Part shown: positions 6,364 through 11,269 of the stretch, one piece after another
Numbering within the stretch: the stretch's first letter is position 1
Layout of the letters: the number at the start of each line of letters is the position of its first letter
Assembly: GCA_044222475.1 (NCBI GenBank)
Contig: JBGANF010000194.1
Coordinates: forward strand, 1 to 11,269
DNA from: Polyangiaceae bacterium
GTDB taxonomy: Bacteria > Myxococcota_A > Polyangia > Polyangiales > Polyangiaceae
Direction of reading: 5' to 3'
Length of the DNA stretch: 11,269 bases
Translations under genes and position numbers: made by a program
The notes under the pieces: generated by a model
What the model was told of the DNA's origin: nothing
What the model saw: the letters and a program-made list of their open reading frames with translations, nothing else
Databases searched by the model: none

Positions 6364-7146
6364 ATGGGCATCGACTACGTCGTGGACCTCGCGTGCAACC
6401 CGAAGCGCGCGCTCGGTACCGAGGGGATCATCGATCTCGTCAAGGCGCGCTCTCGCGCCGAAGCGGTCCTCGAGATCTCGCGGCGCAACGGTGACCTTCG
6501 CCCGGCGGAGCAGATCACGTTCAAGATCGCCATCATGACTCCCGCCGGCGTCCAAGAGCGCGACGCGCGGGTTTCGGATCTGTTCGCACAGGCCGCGGGC
6601 CTCGAGCCCCATCGACCCGCGTGTGCCTCGTGTCCGGCCAACGCGGGCGCGCCCGGGTTCGGGTGCTACCGGACGATCAACTACCCGATCCCGGCGCACG
6701 TCGAGGCGTGGCTGCTGGCGCGCTTGCCCGAGTCGCCGACGTGCACCGCCGGACAGTTCCTCCGCCGGGCCGTCGCCGACTTCGGGTGGGACGGCGCTCA
6801 CGCCGCGAACATGCGCGCCCAGGGCAATCGATTCTTCGAAGCCAGCACGCCGCAGACGCGCCGTTTCGCCGACGGCTTCACGCTCGGATCGAACCAGGTG
6901 CACCAGCTGCTCTTCGGCGTCGGCCACCCGAACCCGACGCACTGCACGATGGCTGCGCTGTTCTTCGGTCTGCTCCCGCACGATCTCGATCCCGGATGGT
7001 TGCAAAATGCACAGAATCGGGCGCACGTCCTGGCGTACGCGACGGTGGCGCCCCAGGGCGACGCCGCCGTCGAATCGATGGCCGGGTTCCTCCGCGCGTG
7101 CGTGCTCGCCGCGCGGCTCGAGGTGCAGATCCTCGTCGACGGCTGA
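6364..7146 (+). CDS. Hypothetical cytoplasmic protein with a Cys cluster, possibly metal-binding (260 aa)
   Basis: Protein-like sequence from MGIDYVVDLACNPK, with CASCPAN...FGCYRTINYPIP. Codons are GC3-rich. The upstream part of ORF 6178 overlaps the divergent gene, so the start is set at ATG 6364. Confidence 0.8.
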   Translation: MGIDYVVDLACNPKRALGTEGIIDLVKARSRAEAVLEISRRNGDLRPAEQITFKIAIMTPAGVQERDARVSDLFAQAAGLEPHRPACASCPANAGAPGFGCYRTINYPIPAHVEAWLLARLPESPTCTAGQFLRRAVADFGWDGAHAANMRAQGNRFFEASTPQTRRFADGFTLGSNQVHQLLFGVGHPNPTHCTMAALFFGLLPHDLDPGWLQNAQNRAHVLAYATVAPQGDAAVESMAGFLRACVLAARLEVQILVDG

Positions 7147-7854
7147 CTACTTGAAGACGACGACCTTCGCGTCCTTGAACGTCCCGGCGGCCCAGAACTC
7201 GCGCTTCATGTCGTAGGTCTCGCGCCAGGTCGTGACGAAGACGCCGTCGGCGGTCTCCTTTGCCTCGTCGTAGCGCGTGATCTTGATCGTGCGCGCGTTC
7301 GTGCCGTTGTGGCTGATCGTCTGCTTGCTGCACTCGGCCCAGTTGCGCTTGTACGGGACCTGGAAGTAGCCGCTGTTCTGGCCGAACTTGTCGGTGATGC
7401 TGAGGCCGGTGCTGGGGAGCTGCTTGAAGCTGAGTGACGGCCCGAGGTAGAAGCCGCCGCCGCTGTCGACGCGGAGGTCGAAGTCCTTGCGCGTCTTCGA
7501 GACCCAGAGCTCGACCTTCTGCGCCCGGATCGGTTTGTTGCCGCCGCCGACGGAGATGTACACGCCGTCCTTCGGCGCCGAGTCGAGGGTCGGCGCCTCG
7601 GTCCAGGTGAACGCGACGTCGGCGAACGTCGGCGCGAACGGCTTCGTGCCGGCGGGGCACGCGTCGGGATCGGCGGAGCCCGAAGGCGCCGCGGTCACCG
7701 TCGATGCGGTGCCGACCGAAGCCGACGTCGTCGTGGTCGACGAGACGGTCGTGGTCGAGCTGCCACCGTCGGGGGTGCCAAGGGTGATCTTGCCGCACGC
7801 GGCGGTGAGGGAGGCGAGAGACACGAGAGAGACGAAGAGGATGTGGGTTCGCAT
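7147..7854 (-). CDS. Putative lipoprotein of unknown function (235 aa)
   Basis: MRTHILFVSLVSLASLTAAC is a signal peptide II with lipobox. A Ser/Thr-rich linker and a beta-rich C-terminal domain follow. GAGG lies about 10 nt upstream of ATG 7854. Confidence 0.8.
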   Translation of the reverse strand: MRTHILFVSLVSLASLTAACGKITLGTPDGGSSTTTVSSTTTTSASVGTASTVTAAPSGSADPDACPAGTKPFAPTFADVAFTWTEAPTLDSAPKDGVYISVGGGNKPIRAQKVELWVSKTRKDFDLRVDSGGGFYLGPSLSFKQLPSTGLSITDKFGQNSGYFQVPYKRNWAECSKQTISHNGTNARTIKITRYDEAKETADGVFVTTWRETYDMKREFWAAGTFKDAKVVVFK

Positions 7855-7925
7855 GGTGCGCGGCCTCATTACACGAGCCGTGCCAGCGCGATTTGCCGGT
7901 GTTTTCGGGGTGTGGTCGACGTGAG

Positions 7926-7954
7926 TGACAGATTTGGCAGCGGCGGCTCTGTCA
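7926..7954. promoter_or_regulatory. Inverted repeat TGACAGA-N15-TCTGTCA, candidate regulator site or hairpin
   Basis: Perfect 7-bp arms at 7926-7932 and 7948-7954 in the intergenic region between the divergent lipoprotein and OmpA genes. Confidence 0.35.
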
Positions 7955-7959
7955 AAGTT

Positions 7960-8004
7960 GGCAAAGGAGGCAAGGCAGGCAAGGCAGGCAAGGCAGGCAA
8001 GGCA
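7960..8004. repeat. 9-bp tandem repeat (GGCAAGGCA)x4 plus one degenerate copy
   Basis: Exact copies at 7969, 7978, 7987 and 7996; degenerate GGCAAAGGA at 7960-7968. Intergenic. Confidence 0.9.
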
Positions 8005-8072
8005 GCGGGCATCCCCATTTGGTACCGATCGCCGTTGCGAGGCCAAGGGCCTTCGCGATACGGTGGATGTTC

Positions 8073-9425
8073 ATGCGTTGGGCGGGGATCGTCGCGGCGG
8101 CGGTGGGCGCAACCCTGGTTGCGGGGCCGCTTCGCGCGGAGCCCGTGCGAGCCCACGCCGCCCTCGGCGGTGCCCACGCGGTCGGCGCGCCTCAGGGCAC
8201 CGAGTTCGGCTTCGGCGCGATGGGTCTCGCCTCGGTCGAGGTCCCCATCGGACGCTCGCTCGGCATCGAGCCCCAGCTCGGTGGTCTCATCCTCGCGCCG
8301 GGCGAGCCCCGCGGCGCGAACCTCGCGGAGAAGGGCGCCGGCACCGCCTTCACTGCGATGGGCGGCGCGCGGCTCCGGTTCCTCGGCCGTCCCGTCGGGG
8401 GACCGTGGGCGTCCGTGCACGCGGGGCTCGTCGTCACCGGCGACGCACCGCGGTTCGGGTTCGACGCCTCCCTCGGCTGGGATTTTCGCGTCGGCGCCGG
8501 TCGCGTCGACGTCGGTCCGTTCGTCTCGTACGTCCACGTCCTCGAGCCGGACGGCGGTCTCGCGCCCGAGGACGCGCACGTGCTCGTCCTCGGGATCTCG
8601 GTCGGTCTCGGTGCGCCGATCCTCCCCCCGCTCGATACCGACGCCGACGGCATCGCCGACACCGAGGACGCGTGTCCCACGGAGCCCGGCATCCGCACGA
8701 CCGATCCCAAGACCAACGGTTGCCCGCGCCGCGACGCGGATCACGACGGCGTGTTCGACGACGAGGACGCGTGCGTCCACGAGCCCGGAATCCGCACGAG
8801 CGATCCCGCGACGAACGGGTGCCCGCGGCGCGACAAGGACGGAGACGGCGTGTTCGACGACGAGGACGCGTGCGTCGACGTCCCCGGGATCCGCACCACC
8901 GATCCGAAGACCAACGGGTGCCCGCCGCCCGATCGCGATCACGATGGTGTCATCGACGCGGACGACGCGTGTCCCGATCTCGCCGGCGTGAAGACGACGG
9001 ACCCGAAGACCAACGGGTGCCCGCCGGCGCAAGGCGGCGCTCGCGTCGAAGGCGACCGCATCGTCCTCGACGACGTCATCCTCTTCGACGTCGACAGCCC
9101 GCGCGTCCGTCACGTGAGCTGGCCGATCGTGAAGAAGCTCGCCGAGCTCCTTCTGGCGAATCCGGACATCATCGAGGTGTTCGTGGAGGGGCACGCCGAC
9201 AGGACGGGAACGCCCGAGCACAACCAGCAGCTCTCCAAGGATCGCGCGGAAGCGGTGAAGCAGCTCCTCGTCTATTTCAAGGTCGACGCGAACCGGATCA
9301 CGACCCACGCTTACGGGAACACCAAGCCGAGGGCAGCGGGCTCGGGTGAGGACGCGCTCCGCCAGAACCGTCGGGTCGAGTTCACGATCACGCGCACGAA
9401 GACTTCGCCGGGAGGAAGGCCATGA
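8073..9425 (+). CDS. OmpA-family outer membrane protein: signal peptide, beta-barrel-like region, 4 thrombospondin type-3-like repeats, OmpA C-terminal peptidoglycan-binding domain (~450 aa; alternative ATG 8067)
   Basis: Signal peptide MRWAGIVAAAVGATLVAGPLRA; amphipathic beta strands; DxDxDG.xDxxDxC repeats; OmpA_C motifs ILFDVDS, VEGHADRTG..EHNQQLSKDRAEAV, AYGNTKP and QNRRVEF. Confidence 0.92.
   Translation: MRWAGIVAAAVGATLVAGPLRAEPVRAHAALGGAHAVGAPQGTEFGFGAMGLASVEVPIGRSLGIEPQLGGLILAPGEPRGANLAEKGAGTAFTAMGGARLRFLGRPVGGPWASVHAGLVVTGDAPRFGFDASLGWDFRVGAGRVDVGPFVSYVHVLEPDGGLAPEDAHVLVLGISVGLGAPILPPLDTDADGIADTEDACPTEPGIRTTDPKTNGCPRRDADHDGVFDDEDACVHEPGIRTSDPATNGCPRRDKDGDGVFDDEDACVDVPGIRTTDPKTNGCPPPDRDHDGVIDADDACPDLAGVKTTDPKTNGCPPAQGGARVEGDRIVLDDVILFDVDSPRVRHVSWPIVKKLAELLLANPDIIEVFVEGHADRTGTPEHNQQLSKDRAEAVKQLLVYFKVDANRITTHAYGNTKPRAAGSGEDALRQNRRVEFTITRTKTSPGGRP
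8634..9023 (+). repeat. Four intragenic 99-bp (33-aa) TSP3-like Ca-binding repeats
   Basis: Units start at 8634, 8733, 8832 and 8931, each DxDxDG(I/V)xDxxDAC...G(I/V)(R/K)T(T/S)DP(K/A)TNGCP. Confidence 0.9.
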
Positions 9426-10522
9426 CGAGGATCACGCCGGGCAGCCGTAGGGGAGCGTGGGTCGTCCTGTCGATCGCGAGCGCCGCGCTCATCGCGTTCG
9501 GCTGCACGTCGCTCAACTCGATCGTCGGCGCCGAGTGTGCGGCCGGCTTCGTGGAGCGCGACGGGATCTGCGTGGTCGACACCAACGATGGATCGATCGA
9601 CGGCACGATCCTCGATGGTGCGACCGACGGCGTACCCCCGAGCGACGGAACGCTCTCCGATCGACCGCCGGGAGACGCCACCGCGAGCGACGGATCCAAC
9701 GACGGCGACCCCGGTGACGCGGACGGCGGCTCGTTCGCGTGCGACGCCGGGCTCACCTACTGCAGCGGCGAGTGCGTCGACCTCATGACCAACCCGCTCC
9801 ACTGCGGGCAGTGCGGAAACGTGTGCCAGACGTTGCTCTGCTCCGGCGGAAAGTGTCAGGGCGCGCTCAACGGCCACGTCGTCGTCATCGGCCACGACTA
9901 CTCCGGCGCGTACTCGTCGGCCCAGAGCAAGCTCCTCGGCAACTGCGCGCTGCTCACTCCGGTGACGAACATCAAGGTGCGCTCCTGGGAAGCCCAGGCC
10001 GTGCCTCCGTCGGTCAACGCGGTGAACGGCATCGTCAAGGCGGCGATCGTCGCTGCGAACCGGACGTACGTGTTCACCACCGCGACTCTTCCGAGCGACG
10101 TCACCTCGACGACCATCCTGAACACGGACATCCTCATCCTCCATGACCAGCGCAGCGCGACGACGGGAACGCTCGGTCCGCTCGGCGCTACCTTCGCCGC
10201 GTCGCTCGCGACCTTCACCAACGCGGGCGGCATCGTCATCGTCACCGACAGCGGCCTCGCGGAGATGCCCGCGTTCGTGAAGCAGGCGGGCCTCCTCGAT
10301 CTCGCGGGCGACAACGCGATTTCCTTCGGCACGCCGGTCAACATGATCGCCCCGGGCGACGCCGTCGGCCTCGGGGTTCCCACGCCGTACGGCGCCGGCA
10401 ACAAGAGCGTCTGGCTCGCGAGCAACGAGCCCAATGCGGGGTTCGTGACCTACGTCGTGGTCGATCCTTCGAACGAGGCCGGCACCTCGCGGCCGGTCGT
10501 GATCCACAAGGTCATTCCCTGA
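9422..10522 (+). CDS. Putative Cys-rich lipoprotein with a C-terminal alpha/beta domain (366 aa)
   Basis: Lipobox IAFG-C (Cys at 9503); small CAAGFVERDGIC module; Asp/Gly-rich linker; 8-Cys module CDAGLTYCSGECVDLMTNPLHCGQCGNVCQTLLCSGGKC; then VVVIGHDY, DILILHDQ and LATFTNAGGIVIV. ATGA overlap with the OmpA stop, preceded by GGAGGAAGG. Confidence 0.85.
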   Translation: MTRITPGSRRGAWVVLSIASAALIAFGCTSLNSIVGAECAAGFVERDGICVVDTNDGSIDGTILDGATDGVPPSDGTLSDRPPGDATASDGSNDGDPGDADGGSFACDAGLTYCSGECVDLMTNPLHCGQCGNVCQTLLCSGGKCQGALNGHVVVIGHDYSGAYSSAQSKLLGNCALLTPVTNIKVRSWEAQAVPPSVNAVNGIVKAAIVAANRTYVFTTATLPSDVTSTTILNTDILILHDQRSATTGTLGPLGATFAASLATFTNAGGIVIVTDSGLAEMPAFVKQAGLLDLAGDNAISFGTPVNMIAPGDAVGLGVPTPYGAGNKSVWLASNEPNAGFVTYVVVDPSNEAGTSRPVVIHKVIP

Positions 10523-10525
10523 GCA

Positions 10526-11269
10526 TCACTCGTCGCCGAACAGCGACAGCTGCTTCTTCTTCGGTGACTCTGGCTCGGGCGCCTCTTCACGATGACCCGA
10601 CTCGAGCTGCGCCGCGTAGAGCGCCTCCACGTCGGCGAGCGTGTTCGCCTCCCTCGGCGCCTTGTCGCGGCGCAGCCGCACGATGCGCGGAAAACGGAGC
10701 GCGAACCCGCTCGCGTGGCGCTTCGATCGCTGGATGCCGTCGAAGCCGACCTCGAGCACCATCACCGGCTCGACGAGCCGTACGCCGCCCTTCTTGTCGA
10801 TCGTGACGGCGCGGAACCGCGTCGTGAGCTCGTCGATCTCCTCGTCGGTGACGCCGGTGTACGCCTTGCCGACGTTCACGAGGCGGTCGCCGCTCCACAC
10901 CGCGAACGTGTAGTCGCTGAGGAGCCCGGCGCGTTTGCCGTGACCCTCCTCGGCCGCGGTCACGACGACGTCGAGGGTCGCGAACGCCTTCTTCACCTTT
11001 CGCCACGCGTGGCCGCGCTTGCCGGCGTCGTACGGTGCGTCGTCGCGTTTGAGAACGAGCCCTTCGTTGCCTCGCGATCGCGCGGCGTCGAACGCGGCGT
11101 CGAGCTCGGCGTCGCTCGCGAGGCGGCGCGCGTCGTTGACCCGCACGATCGTCTCGGGCAACGCGGAGCGCTTCGCCCATGCGAGGAGACGCTCGCGGCG
11201 CGCCGTCAGCGGCAAGTCGAGCAGCACCTCGTCACCCTCGGCGAGGAGATCGTAGGCGACGAACGCGAC
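10526..11269 (-). CDS. ATP-dependent DNA ligase (LigB-like), 3' portion; the 5' end lies beyond the window
   Basis: Frame is open to the window edge (VAFVAYDLL, motif IIIa). Further motifs: EGLVLKR (IV), YDAGKRGHAWRKVK (V), OB domain LDVVVTAAEEGHGKRAG..SDYTFAV and VGKAYTG, and ALRFPRIVRLRRDK (VI). Confidence 0.95.
   Translation of the reverse strand, partial: VAFVAYDLLAEGDEVLLDLPLTARRERLLAWAKRSALPETIVRVNDARRLASDAELDAAFDAARSRGNEGLVLKRDDAPYDAGKRGHAWRKVKKAFATLDVVVTAAEEGHGKRAGLLSDYTFAVWSGDRLVNVGKAYTGVTDEEIDELTTRFRAVTIDKKGGVRLVEPVMVLEVGFDGIQRSKRHASGFALRFPRIVRLRRDKAPREANTLADVEALYAAQLESGHREEAPEPESPKKKQLSLFGDE

Noticed and set aside
7855..8046. N-terminal extension of ORF 7147..8046 with a CLACLACLAC Cys motif
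   Set aside because: This is just the translation of the intergenic 9-bp repeat. The signal peptide and lipobox indicate a start at 7854.
8634..9023. Regularly spaced DNA repeats as a possible CRISPR array
   Set aside because: The 99-bp in-frame units vary at synonymous positions and encode TSP3-like repeats. There are no unique spacers and no cas genes.
8073..10522. Calling the pair traA/traB
   Set aside because: Gene order is reversed, and no PA14-like domain, long Cys-repeat stalk or MYXO-CTERM is recognisable. TSP3-OmpA proteins have many paralogs.

Overview
GC-rich, densely coding bacterial window. Gene content (TSP3-repeat OmpA protein, Cys-rich lipoproteins, hexamer tandem repeat) suggests Myxococcota, probably Polyangiaceae-like; this is inference. 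The left half (59-5446) holds a YbdK/GCS2 carboxylate-amine ligase, an ATP-grasp ligase, a class I glutamine amidotransferase-fold enzyme and a cytoplasmic S8 protease. Together they look like an uncharacterised peptide ligation/hydrolysis system. A two-gene PD-(D/E)XK-like + PIN cassette with atypical codon usage sits between the two ligases on the opposite strand. The middle has a divergent pair of Cys-motif hypothetical proteins only 23 bp apart, followed by a lipoprotein. The right part has an OmpA/TSP3 outer-membrane protein coupled to a Cys-rich lipoprotein, and the 3' part of an ATP-dependent DNA ligase ending in a perfect beta-clamp motif (QLSLF). Six genes have a TAnnnT -10 box 6-8 nt before the start codon, which suggests pervasive leaderless transcription. 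All calls come from reading motifs by eye; no searches were run.
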